DNA of 64,000 bases, taken from the NCBI GenBank assembly GCA_976551045.1, contig CDPCPM010000363.1, positions 3,224,001 to 3,288,000 of the forward strand, written 5' to 3'. Within the stretch, counting starts at the first letter, position 1. Every line of letters starts with the position of its first letter. The notes under the pieces were generated by a model that had not been told where the DNA came from, made no database searches, and was given only the letters and a program-made list of their open reading frames with translations. Shown here one piece after another: positions 26,901 through 39,699 of this stretch. Made by a program: the position numbers and the translations under genes. This DNA comes from Glaucostegus cemiculus (Eukaryota).

Positions 26901-27292
26901 ATTTCATGCAGTCTTCTCCTCTTCTTGAAATTTCACTTTCACTCACTCTCCCTCAAACACCTGAAATAAACGCTTTTCACTTTCCTGAACCACGGGCAAA
27001 ACAAACAATAAATGGCAGAATAAAACATACAAAATAACAACACTTGTGCCCGAGCTTTAACAAGTTTATGGAATGTATTTTCTCTGAGAGATTAAGTATG
27101 TCTCGATTTGCAACTATACAAAAGCTGCAATTCTTACTTGCGAGCCAGTGTAATCCAGACGAATTTCATTCCGCTCCATAATGTAGGTATCTGCAACAAA
27201 TTTCTGTTCAATTTCTTTGTCTTGCCTTCGCTAGTGCATTGAAGTAAAAAGGTCTATCCCGATGAACTAATTGGATCAATGCCTTAATGCAA

Positions 27293-27312
27293 TGTGCGCG
27301 CGCGCGTGTGTG

Positions 27313-27357
<45 letters not shown>

Positions 27358-27371
27358 GTATATGTGTGTGG
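27293..27371. repeat. (TG)n/(CG)n microsatellite
   Basis: Directly visible dinucleotide run. Confidence 0.97.
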
Positions 27372-28189
27372 TGTTTGATACTTCTCACAATTACATGGCA
27401 TTCCATCCATGGATTGTATAAATCATTGCATATTATCCAACAAAATAACGGGAAGTACGAGCTCTCTTGTTGCTGGGTGGTGCATTTATTTTATCATTGC
27501 TGCGTAATAGAGGCTGCTCCCTCAAATACTGAATATCAACAGCTTATACATTTGACGATTCTCTACTTTTTCCCTCTACTTTCACCTCGCTATTGCCGCC
27601 TTCTTACAGTATTAACAATGTTCAATATGAGTCAGGGAGTTGCTTAATAAACTAACAAGGCACCTTGAAACGTCCGGGCGGAACACAGAGAAATAATTTC
27701 TGGTCACCGGCAAATCTTTATTGTGAGCTTTCTCTTTAAACTTAGTAATTTATCATTTAAGTCCTTAAATTCGGTAAAGTCCATTTTTTACTCTTCCTCT
27801 ATTTGCACTCCTACAGCCTCACCCTGTGATATTCACTTATGGTCCCTTCTCCTGCATCCCCTTGGTCATTTTATTGCTCCAGCCATCAACCCTGCCACTG
27901 TCCTTCTCTTTCTTCTTTCTTTCTCTGCACCTTAAACCTTGTCATTTCCCTACTTTCTTCCAAATCCTTTGAACAGTCATTGACTGGAAATAATATTTCA
28001 ATATCTTACTCGGATGAGACTGTCTGGCTTGGTGGGTGTTTTCACCAATTTGTACCGTTTACATTCTCTCTATCTTCTGCGAAGTAATTTTTCCTTCTTC
28101 TTTTCATGTATTCCCTTCAAATTTCTCATGCCTATTTTCTGGATGATAAACTAATTTAACATTCTTCTGAAACCATTCGCAAACATGGG

Positions 28190-28190
<1 letters not shown>

Positions 28191-28244
<54 letters not shown>

Positions 28245-28261
28245 GTTGTTGTTGTTGTTAT
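28191..28261. repeat. (TTA)n(TTG)n microsatellite
   Basis: Directly visible trinucleotide run. Confidence 0.97.
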
Positions 28262-29114
28262 AGGGCATCGTTTTCTTTAAACCTGAACATAGCAAGGTAC
28301 TACCGTTTCCAATTCTATGGCCTTTTAAGCATGCATTCATTTTATAGGTGTTACAGTCATAGATAATCACTGGTGGTCATGAAACATAATGGAATAAATT
28401 GACAAAGAATTCTTCCCTAAAACCTAGTCATTACGGTAAGGATCATAATGAAATAACTCGAACAGATTCTTCCTGAAGTGAATTGTCTGAACGTCTAGTA
28501 ATAGTGTGATACGAGGAACTAAATTATTTGATGCATTCGATTGGCAAAATAATTTTTGCTGCGGATTCGAAAAATCTATCGCAAATACACATCTCACTTG
28601 CCTCTGAATGAGTCCTTACTTTATGAGTGAACAATGCAATATATTTTAATGGAACTGGGTGTGTTGCTCCTTCAAGTCTCCTTCAACATATTAATTATAA
28701 TCAGTATACAACTTGAGAGAATGTGCACTTTATTGCATTTACTGCAAGTCATAGACTGCATTATATTTAATCGAATGATCAACAAATCTTTCCAAAACAG
28801 ACAACATTTTTAATCAAAGATATTTCGGTCTTCAGTGCACGGTTGTGAAAGCATAAGTGAAAAGACAAGATAAATAGCGGAATATGAACATAAGATTAAC
28901 ATCCGACTCAAGAGCGCCGACAGTGACTACTGAATAGGTTCTCAGACAATATTTATGTCAATGGGTAAGTTTTAGTGAATGATAGATCAGCAACTTCATT
29001 AGACGGACTCAGATTATTTATTGAGGATCCCCAAGTGAAACGCGACAGATGATTTGACTGAAACATCAAAGGGGACAAGTCCACATTAAATAGGTCTTTC
29101 AGAAAATAAGGATA

Positions 29115-29830
29115 GACGGAGAGAGAGAAGGAGAGACGGCAGCCTGTTTTGTTTCTGTTGATGGATGAAGGACAGTAACTGTGTTTGTCACTAAAATCCG
29201 TGGATGGATTTCTGGAGTAGTCCAGTGGAGTTCACTTTGTCGGTAACCTGTAGAAGGACACAGGTGTTTGCGTGGACAACCATATTTTGGATGCTCTTCA
29301 GAGTGGCAGATATTGTGGATCAAAGTGACGGAATTCACTTTGCTGCTAACCTGTAGAAGTATACAGGTATTTGCATGGACAGTCACGATCCAGGAGTTTT
29401 CGGAGTGAGAAAGTCACTACCGAGTAAACACTGAAGTGTCGTTTGAGTTCTGAGTGGAACATACAGATTTCTTAATTCCTCTCTAAGCTCTCTCTATATC
29501 TATATTTTGTCTTCGCTGGACGGTGCTTGTGAAGAAGCCTTTATTCGTGTTTCATCTTACGGCTTATTGAACTGAACTTTAAGAACTAATTCCTGGACTT
29601 TGAGTTTAGGAATTCGACACACACACACGACGAGTAGTTTTGGGGTTATAGTTTAAGATTCTAATATTTTGTTTTGTACTAATATACTAACTTTTTTGTT
29701 CTTATTATACGTATTATCGAAAGTAGTTATTAATAAATTAGTTTTAACACTGAAGTACGACTTAGTGTGCTTCTTTTGTTGCTGGTTTCGTAACAAAATG
29801 TGCTTCTTTTGTTGCTGGTTTCATAATAAA
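29115..29830 (+). mobile_element. Second copy of LTR family B, 5'-truncated, with a tandem duplication of its 3' end
   Basis: Colinear with ~21230-21902; ends TTCGTAACA at 29795 and is followed by a repeat of 'tgtgcttcttttgttgctggtttc'; no TGTTACGAA 5' terminus found. Confidence 0.9.
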
Positions 29831-29911
29831 ATTGCTACAGAGTAAAGACAAAATATTTCATAACAGTCCTGGGGAGAGAGTGGTTATTGGAGATACAAGC
29901 CTGGTTCTAAT

Positions 29912-30366
29912 TCAATCTTCATGATAATCAAGACATGAAGCCAACAATTGCATATTGCCCGAAGCGCAATATGCCAGGCATTTAAATACAAATGATCTTG
30001 CTGAAATTTGATGTCGAGAGAGCTGAACATTCAACGAATGAACGTCAGTGTATTTCTGAAACAAATTGATCGTATCTTCCAATATGTTACAGAAAATGTC
30101 ATACATTGTACAGCTGGAGGAATATTGAGTGACCCGAGAAAATAAGTGAATGGACTCCTTTCTCTCTTCTGGATGTGAAAGCTCAAACAAATATATCAGC
30201 CACTGTTTGAGCTGCGAACATACTGTGTTGGTAATGCTCAACTTCCATGAGACATCCTGCTTTGAATCATTAGCAAAGTTCTGGGTGCTGTCATTGACAG
30301 TGCTGTGACGCGTCACCAAACTTGTCAATCGAGGTTTCGCCCAACTAAGCTGCATAAAAACCAAGG
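29912..30366 (-). CDS. Candidate terminal coding exon of an unidentified, possibly secreted six-Cys protein
   Basis: 150 open codons in non-repeat, AT-rich sequence; strong acceptor ctctttttctctttgttcAG at 30367-30368 exactly at the ORF start (phase 1); begins LVFMQLSWA-KP like the end of a signal peptide. No family recognised. Confidence 0.4.
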
Positions 30367-31589
30367 CTGAACAAAGAGAAAAAGAGGAACATCAGAGTGG
30401 CTGCCCTTAGTATCAAGACAATATTTGGCCACATGTTACACGTAACTATGGTAATATTAAGGACAAATACTCCACTGGTTGCATGATACCTCCTCAAAAT
30501 AAATATTGTTACATATTTTGTAGCACAATTCTTGCAACCTCAGCGCATGACTACAGAAGTTCATCACGGGAGTGTTAACTGACTAACTATCTTCAGCGGC
30601 TTTTCAATGGCTTCCCCCCCCCCCCCCCCCATAATATGGACGGTAGTTAAGATGTTGACTCAAGATTGCACCGTGTTCAATTCCAACCACAAGTCTGCGG
30701 CAAATATGGCAGCCGATGCCAAGAAGTAGCAAGGTCTACAGAAGAGTCAGACTTGGGCTGTTAAGTAGTAAATATCATTATAGTGACACACTGCCAGGCA
30801 GTCTTTATCTCCATCAAAAAAGAGCGTTTAAACATCTAATCAATGGCATTACAATGGGTAAGTTCCCTTACCTCGCTCCCGGAAACAGCAATTTGTTGTC
30901 ACTTGATGAGAAACTTAACCGGACTTGCCACTTAAAACTACAGTTTCAAGAGCAGGTCGTCAGGCGAGTGAACAACCTCCTGATAGCCCAAACACTCTCC
31001 GTCATCTTTAGGCACGAAAGAGTGTAAACCTCACAAATATCAAGGAGCTGGTTGAATCGAGAGCAAATAAAAACAGATTGCTGCAATTGCACCATACCTA
31101 CCACGCTAAACCTTCAGACCCTCCACAAGCTGTGCACGACATACTCATGCATATTCATACTCGTCATTCAGATGAATGTGGATATCTCATTGAAACTTAC
31201 TGAACACTGAAAGGAGGGGAAAAGATGTTTCCATTAGTAGGAGAGTTTAGGAACCGAGGGAACAGTCTCAGAATAAAGGAACGTTCACTATCCACTTTGT
31301 TAGAAGAATGACATTTCATAATATTGTCTGTATCGGGACAGGCGACATAAAGTTGCAATTTAGACAGATCTTTATTTTCATTATTCCATAAAAATGAGAT
31401 TATCATGAACGGTCTGATTGCAATTCAGAAAGTTATTAAAACTACGGCCTTAAATTTGGAAGATGATAGGTACAGAAGTCTCACTCTCTTGTTTTTAATG
31501 AATAAGTCAAATGAGTGACAACACATCAAAAGCAATGTTTCCGGGATAGGCTCTTTGTTGAATAATAGAGTTTCGTGGAAGTAATTCTG

Positions 31590-31970
31590 ATGATGTACAT
31601 GGGTATCATTTCTGTGACAAAGTGGCACTCGTGGTCTCGTTTGTCAAACATAACTACAAAGCTCTGAAGGTCTCCAAAGCCAAGGATGAAATGCTGCATG
31701 TCCATCGGGGAAACACATGTGGAGGAGTGCATTGCAAGACAAAAAAATGTAGAAAGTACTGGCAATGTTTTGGGGAGTTCTAAGCATTGTCGATTGCATA
31801 ATGAGTTACCGAAGAAATGTACCAAGTGTGAACAAAAGTGTACGCAATTGGAATTTAAAAGGCATTTAAGCAAAGGTTGCACACAGAAGCTGTTCAATGT
31901 CCCTTCTTGAATGATGTGAAATGTGCAGCGAGGCATACAAGGGCGGGCTTGCAGTGGGAGTTGAAAAATA
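31590..31970 (+). pseudogene. Possible degenerate TRAF/Sina-type zinc-finger remnant
   Basis: HGYHFCDK at ~31598; CTKCEQKCTQLEFKRHLSKGC at 31818-31880; after a frameshift, VQCPFLNDVKCAARHTRAGL. Confidence 0.3.
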
Positions 31971-33214
31971 TGTCGCTGCTATCAATTTCTGCCAATGCCA
32001 TGGAAGGAATACTGTTCTTACCCGTGGCAAGATGTCAGTGCAAGGACAATTAATGAACTTTTAATGCATCTTCAAAGTCTTTCCGAATGAATCCATCGAT
32101 CTCAAGGCAATGTAAATAAAATCAACAGGTTATTTATTGCTTCGATATACCCCCTGAAATTTGTCTCGTTGCTGTGGTTCATCACACATCAGCTCTCTTG
32201 GGGCCTTTTTGCACGACGTTCAAAATACCAATTTCTGTACAGCCTTTATACGTTTATACCAAGTAACTAATTGAATTTAATTGCGTTGCCTTGTAATCGA
32301 TGAATTACTTCGAAAGAACATTGTAGGATGAGCCTCAGTAAAATTGAAATGTGACTTGTTGACCAAAAGAAGATAAACGCACTGGCTTCATCTAGGTGCC
32401 AAATGCTACGAACTCTCAGTTATCTAGCTGCCCGAAGATTAAAGTTCCTATTCATTTGTACCCTGATTTGGCAGAAGACGGTGTCGTCTTACATACTCCA
32501 CACACCAGAACATATAATGTTAACTTCGAGGAACATATCCAGATAAGAGATATGGCAGAACCACATTTGGTTGATCAGTTCGTTCATCCATGTTGTTGTC
32601 AAAGCCAGTGACATAATGGCGGACAGTTACTTTAAAAGTTTGTTTCCTAGTTCTTCAAGAGTACATTTGTAATGTTGCGTAGATCGCATTTGTAATAGCG
32701 TTTCCTACCACGTTATTATTTCTATGTTCAGGTCAGATGATACAGGGGTTGCTGCAGCTTATGCTAAATTATATTAAAGTGTTTTCTAGCTCATGGCTTA
32801 ACAGGGAAGACGATTAAAACTGAGCATAGTGGCTCCTCTGTGACGAACAAAGATGCAACGCCAAAACAATGTGCATTTATTTATTTGTTTGTGGCAGTTT
32901 GACAGCAGTTGTCCTTCGGAGGCAAATTTTATAGTTTGGTTGGGGTCGCCGTTGGAAGTGCAGAAGGATTTCAGCTTGCCCTGTTGGGAAGTTGTGAGAA
33001 GTAGAGATCGAATATTTCATGAGGGCAGGTGTTCTGCCAGTTGGAGTTTCTTCGCGAGCACTGGTTGAAAGACTCCGCAATTCCTTTAATTTGGTGCTGC
33101 GGGTGGAATCTGTATTCAAAATGAAACACAGGGTGTACTTGCAAGGAGAATGCCGAATGACGTCCCAGCACTTGGCGACATATATCGATTTATCGATACA
33201 AATAACAATTTAGA

Positions 33215-35640
33215 GGCATAGAGTCATACTGCACGGAAAAAGGCCCGTCGGCCCAACTGATCCACGCTGGCTAGAAGGCACATCCAAGCTAGTCCCATTT
33301 GCCGGTGTTTGGCCCATATAGTTCTGAAACGCTCCTGGCCATATCTGTACTAAAATTTATTTTAAAACTTCTTATTTTACCTACTTCAGCTACTTCTTCT
33401 GACAGCTCATTCCATCTACGCATAAAAAGACCCTCAATTTCCTATTACATCTTTCACCACTCACCTTAACTCGATGCCCTCAATATTTTGATCCCTTAAC
33501 TTTGGGGAAAAGACTAGTTACATTCAACCTATCGATGCCACTCATTGTTTTGCACATTTATAAATTGACCACGGCTAGCGTCCTGCCTGCAGAAATCTAC
33601 TGTGTCATTTTGTCAAAAAAATCAAATTCGTAAGATATCTCTCCCATATACAATGCCATTCTAAATACCCTGAATTAACTATTATCTTTCCAGATTCATG
33701 CCTATCTTATTCCTCACAATTCTGCCCAGTAACTTACGTACCACAGATGTTAAGCCTTCTGGTATGTAGTTCCCAGGGTTTTATTTACATCCTTTAGTAA
33801 GTAATGACACATAATTCGCTACCGCCCAATTTTCTGGTGCCTCACCCGTGGCAATGATAATGCAAGTATCTCAGCCAGGCTCTCATAATTTCTTCTCTAT
33901 CCTGGCACAGTGTCCTTGGGCATACGTCGTCATGACCCAGATGTTTGTCTGCCTTCATACATTAAGATATGCTGCACATTCTAGAACTGTAATGCAGACT
34001 ATCCTCATTTCACCCCATTAAATTTCCCTTGTTCCAAACTCGTCATGTCTTTACCCACAATGAAAAGACAGGAGATACATTCATTGAGGTTCTTGCCCAT
34101 ATCCTACAGCTCCATACATAATAATCCACTAGGGTCTTTTGGCCGCCCCACTCTCAATCACCTACCTCGACAACCATATTATTCTTCCAACTCTCCAAAA
34201 TCTCCTTGCATATGCATTCCTCTAATTTCCGTTGACTAATTCGACGCATATAACACAACGCCACACGCTGATCACCACTGTCTTACTTCTCCGCTCCAAC
34301 TATAAACCCTCACTGGATGATACTTCAGTAATTTAATCTCTGACTGCTGCCGTGGTTTTACGCTTCATCAAAAGTACAACTCCCTTCCTCTTTTTCCTCC
34401 AGATTTATCCCACCTGAAGTAGATATGCACCATTACATTTAGCTGCCACTCCTGTTCCCATCTTAGCTATGTTTCAGTAAGGGCGATAATATTCCTGTCC
34501 CACGCAGCTGTACCTGCCCTGGTTTCTTGCGGATTAGCTGGAAGACCTCATGCATTGGAGTACATGCAATTTAACTGAATAGACTTGTCTCGCTCTCTGC
34601 CATGCTCCTGCTTGTCTTGTCTGTTCAACTTGCTGTCACCAATTTCTCTATCTCTTTCCAGCCTCTCTTTTGCCTCCCTTCTGCAGAGGACTACACACCC
34701 TGCCATTCTTTGTTAAACGCTCCCTCATAACAATCGCAAATATACCCGCCAGGATATTTGTCATCCAGCAATTCACGTGCAACTCATCTCCCTTTAAAAG
34801 GTCACTTCTTTCCAAGAGGAGATCCAAAAGGACAAACGATCTTAATTCCTTTCCCCGAAACTATTTTTCAACCATGTATCCATTTGTCATGGCTACCTAT
34901 TGTGATCTTCACTAGCATGCGGCACTGGAGGTAATCGAGAGACTTCGATCTTTGCGGTCCTACTTTTTACCTTCTTCCAAGCTACCGATATTCAGTCCGC
35001 AGAACCTCATCATCTGTTCTTCCAGTGTCAGTTTTATGAACCTGCACAATGACTTCCGGCTGCTCCCCATCCTCCGTGCAATGTTCTGCTATCTTTCAAA
35101 GGTATCCACGATCCTAGCGCCAGGAAGGCAACACACCCTCCTGGAGTCCCGCTTCCGACCAGAAAATCTCGTCTATGTCCCTTACTATCGAGTTCGCTTT
35201 CACTGAAGTCCTGTCTGTCTTCACCCTTTTCGCTGTGCTCCAGAGCCACTCATCGTGTCATAAACCTGATTATTGCTGCTTTCTCCTGAGTGGTTATCCC
35301 CCAACAGGTTCCAAACCAGATACTTGTTTTCGCGGTGAATGACTGTATGGTTTACTGAACACCTTCCCTGCTCCCTTTCCTTCTGGTCACCCTGCTAAGT
35401 TATGCCGGTACGTAAGGTGTGGCCACCTAGCTAAAACTTGTAACTATGACGTTTTCAAAATCTTTGAATATACTAAGTCCGTTCAATTCCAACTCCAGCT
35501 CCTTTATATCGCCTGTCAGCTTCTGCAGCTGGACACACCAACCACAGGTGTAGTCCTCAATGATACTAGAATTCTCTCTGATCTCTCCAAATCTACAAAT
35601 GGAGCGTAGAACTGCGCTAACAGCCATCCAGCGTGCTCTA
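33215..35640 (-). mobile_element. CR1-clade LINE, internally deleted (ORF1 N-term, ORF2 pieces, 3' end)
   Basis: ORF 35427..35627 (DYTCGWCVQLQKLTGDIKELELEL) matches the CR1 ORF1 zinc-finger/leucine-zipper; CR1 3' UTR at ~33215-33560. Confidence 0.8.
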
Positions 35641-38600
35641 AGTATAAAGAAGCCAACACTGGCTTCAAACTATTAGACATATTCCCTTTGTCCTACCCAT
35701 CCATTCCTCATCTCCCTGAACATTTTCTGCAACTTCGTCCTGAAACGTTAAATCTATTCCCATTTCCACGGATATTGCCTGATCTGCTAAATGCTCTTTT
35801 TCAATCTTTTTTATTGATAACAAATCAATACAGGTTAAAATATATAACAACAATGTTTACACATCTGTTATAGAAATATCAAGTAACAATCGTAGGTAAT
35901 CATAAAAAAGCAATAGAGTATGATATATATAAAAGAAATAGTTCCAACAACCTCTTGGATCATAAGTGTAATGTAAAAGATAGAAAAGAAAAAGATTTGT
36001 TATATAATGAGAGAAAAAACAAAAAACCCAAATCAATAAAAAAAAATCGTAATAATATAAAGTAAGTTAAACCGAAAATGAATTTAAAAAAAGAGAAAAA
36101 ACAAAACAAGGAAAAAGAACTGGGCTAAAATTTTCAATAGAAAGAGAGCAATATAATGTCGTCAACTCCGTTTCTCTGAATTAAAAAAAAAGTTATAGAA
36201 GTGGAAACTACATCATGTGAAAGTATTGAATAAATGGACTCCAAATATCTTCAAATTTAAGCGAAGGCTCAACAGTACCACTCCTAATTTTTTCCAAATT
36301 AAGACGATATAGTTTGAGAGAACCATTGAAAGGTAGTGGGGGGTATTGGATCCTTCCATTTAAACAAAACGGCTCGTTCGGCTATCAATGTAACAAAAGC
36401 AATCATATGATTAGCAGCAGGTAAATGGCCAGACTTTGTCCACGGTAATCCAAAAATTGCAGTAACAGAGTGAAGTTGTAAATCGATCTTCAATACATCT
36501 GAAATAATATTAAAAATGTCTTTCCAATAATTTTCCAAATAAGGACAGGACCAGAACATATGCATCAAAGAAGCCAGATTGGAATTGCATCTGTCACATA
36601 TAGGGTTTATACGGTCATAAAAACGAGCTAGCTTATCTTTGGACATATAGGCTCTGTGCACAACTTTAAACTGTGTCAATGAATGTCTGGCACACATTGA
36701 GGATGTATTAACTAAATGAAGAATTTTCTTCCAAGTCTCTATAGATATAGATATCTGGAGTTCATGTTACCAATCATTTTTAATTTTGTCCCGTGAGTCT
36801 GACCGTATTTTCATAATTAAATCATAGATTACTGCTGTCAAGCCCTTCTGATGGGGATTAAAACCTAAAATTTATTCAATGATTTCATCTTTATAAAAAA
36901 ATGGAAAGGAGGGTATAGTAGCTTTTAAAAAAAATTCTAATCTGCAAATATCGAAAAAAAATGTGCTTTAGGTACATTATATGTATTAGACAACTGTTCA
37001 AAAGATGAAAAACAGTTACCAATGAATAGATCACGAAAGCATACTATTCCCTTCCTTTCCCATAAGGAAAAAGCTGTGTCTAGTCTAGATGGTTGAAAAA
37101 AAAGGATTGTATAGGACTTGACAAAATAAATTTAGTCAATCCAAAGAATTTATGAAATTGAGACCATATTCGTAATGTATGTTTAATGATTGGGTCATCA
37201 TATATTTACTTAATTTGGTCAGTGCAAAAAGGAGTGAAGCTCCTAAAATAGAGAATAATGAAAATACAAGTGTTGATTGATACTCAAGGTGTACCCATTT
37301 AGGGCATTGAATAACATTCAAGTCTTATGTCCAAAAAAACTAAATATCTGATGTTGATTGCCAAAAAATATAATCTAAAATAAGGCAAGGCCATACCACT
37401 ATCCTTTTTTCAATTTTTGCAAATATATCTTACTTAGTCTTGGGTTCTTATTCTGCCAGATATAGGAAAGAAGTTTAAAATTGACCTTGTCAAAAAAAGA
37501 CTTTGGGATAAAAATTGGCATCGCTTGAAATAAATATAAAAAATTTGGTAAGATATTCACTTAAATACATTAATTCGGTCTACCAATGATAAAGACAGTG
37601 GAGACCATTTCGTAAGCGATTGTTTAATTCGGTCAAATAAAGGTAAAAAAATAGCTTTAAATAAATCCTTATGTTTATTAGTGATTTTGACACCTAAATA
37701 CATAAAATAGTCAGTTACCAATCTAAAGGGTAACTGGCTATAAATTGAGGTTTTCATATACAGTGGAAAAATTTCACTCTTATTTAAATTTAGTCTATAA
37801 CCAGAAAAACCACCGAATTGATCTAATAATAATAGTACTGTGGGGATCGACTCATCTGGATTAGAAATATAAAGTAATAAGTCATCCGTGTAAAGAGATA
37901 TCTTATGAATCTTCTGTCCATGAATAATACCGCGTATATTTAAAGAGTCTCAGATTGCAATAGCCAAAGGTTCTAAAGCAATATCGAATAATAAGGGGCT
38001 TAATGGACAACCTTGCCTAGTACAACGAGAAAGCCTAAAAAAGGGAGATCTTTGATTATTGGTGAGTACTGAAGCCATTGGTGTATAATAAATAATTTTA
38101 ATCACATATGTAAATTTAGGGCTGAAATTAAATTTTTGAAGTGTAGTGAATAGATAATCCCATTCAACTCTGTCAAATGCTTTTTCAGCATCTTGGGAAA
38201 CAACACATTCTGGAGTTTGAGATAAAGGAGTATATATAATATTCATTAATCTCCTAATATTAAAATGTAAATAACGATTCTGGATGAATCCTGTTTGATC
38301 TTCAGAAATGATTTGTGGGAGAACTTTTACCAGCCTAAAGGCCACTAATTTGGAAAATATTTTAAAATCTACATTTAATAAAGAGATAGGTCTGTACGAT
38401 GCACAATCAGTGGGGTCTATATCCTTTTTAAGAATTGAAGAAATAGATGCTTCATAAAAAGATTGTGGTAACTTGCCCACTGATAAAGCATCTTTAAAAA
38501 TGTTGGCTAACCAGGGAACAAGAATATCAAAAAAGGATTTTAAAAATTTAACTGTATATCCATCAGGACCTGGTGCTTTACCAGATTTCATTGAAAATAT

Positions 38601-38728
38601 CACATTCCTTATTTTGTCTTCTAAAATGGGAGCATCTAATATAGAGCATTCATTTAAAGAAAGTTGAGGAATCTTCAAACCTCTTAAAAATTCATACATT
38701 AATGTGGGATCGTCAGAAGATACTGATT

Positions 38729-39699
38729 CAGAATCAGAATCAGAATTAGTTTTATTGTCACAACCATATACATACATAGTATATATAGGAGCGAGATACC
38801 GTCCTCCTCAGGTGCTCGTCCCATAAAAAAAAATAACATAAACACATACACACTTGTCAGAATACACAGTACAAAACATTACACATTAGAAGCTATGGAG
38901 ATTGAAATTAAATTCAGAATCAATTTATCTATTTTCACTTTCACGTATGCATGTGCAAAAGACATCAAAGACAATAAAGGACACCGGGACAAAAACATCA
39001 AAACATTAACAGCCCCCCAGCCTCACCCCGCACCGACGACCACCTCCAACCCCCGCAGTCCTACAACCTCAGGGCCCACAGACCATCAACAACCTCCGGC
39101 CCCGCAGTCCGACAGTCTTCCGCACCACCTCCGACCAGCAATACTTCAGACCACCTCCGACAGTCCAACCACCTCCGGCTCCTTCACCTCCAGCCCCCCA
39201 GGCCGACGACCTCCGGCCCCCCAGGCCAACGACACCCGGCTCCTTCGCCTCCGGCTCCGCAGTCTGAAGACCTCCAGCCCCGAATTCCAGCTCCGCAGTC
39301 CGACGACCTCCAGCCCCGCAGGCCGACCACCTCCGGCACCTTCGCCTCCGGCTCCGCAGTCTGACGACCTCCAGCCCCGAATTCCAGCTCCGCAGTCCTC
39401 CAGCCCCGCAGGCCGACCACCTCCGGCCCGAGCAGCCCCCTCACCGCCCGCATCCCGACGCCACCACGAGGCTCCAGGGCCTTCGACACGCTGCCGCCTC
39501 CGATGAGCTCCGACGAGCCGTCGGAGCCGTCAGTACAGACAACGACTCCATAAAACGAACACCAAGCACACAAACATCAGGAACAAAGAACACACAAAAA
39601 AAAGCACAAAAAAACACTAGAAGACTAACAAAAAAACACAAGAACTACAGACCTGGGAGAGGCCGCTGCAACTGTGTGCGCCGCCATCTTAAAAAAAAA
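38729..39699 (-). mobile_element. Non-autonomous retroposon nested in L1 ORF2 (LINE-like 5' end, GC-rich minisatellite, (TTCTGA)n tail)
   Basis: Minus strand begins T9-AAGATGGCGGCG and ends GTGACAATAAAACTAA(TTCTGA)n; flanked by GATT on both sides; removing it restores the L1 ORF2 reading FYSSLYQSVSSDDPTL. Confidence 0.8.
39010..39480. repeat. GC-rich imperfect minisatellite within the nested insertion
   Basis: Recurring 'gacctccagcccc', 'ctccgcagtc' and 'gcaggccgaccacctccggc' units with a ~95-bp higher-order repeat. Confidence 0.85.

Noticed and set aside
27294-27647. Cys/Val-repeat ORF
   Set aside because: Produced by the (TG)n microsatellite.
28104-28370. Poly-Asn ORF
   Set aside because: Produced by the (TTA)n/(TTG)n microsatellite.
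39186-39430. Repeats with variable intervening sequence, superficially CRISPR-like
   Set aside because: Units are degenerate and the intervening sequences are themselves repeats; eukaryotic context and no cas genes.
38895-39506. 203-aa Pro/Ser/Thr-rich ORF (mucin- or extensin-like)
   Set aside because: It is the translation of the GC-rich minisatellite inside a nested retroposon; stop codons are absent for compositional reasons.
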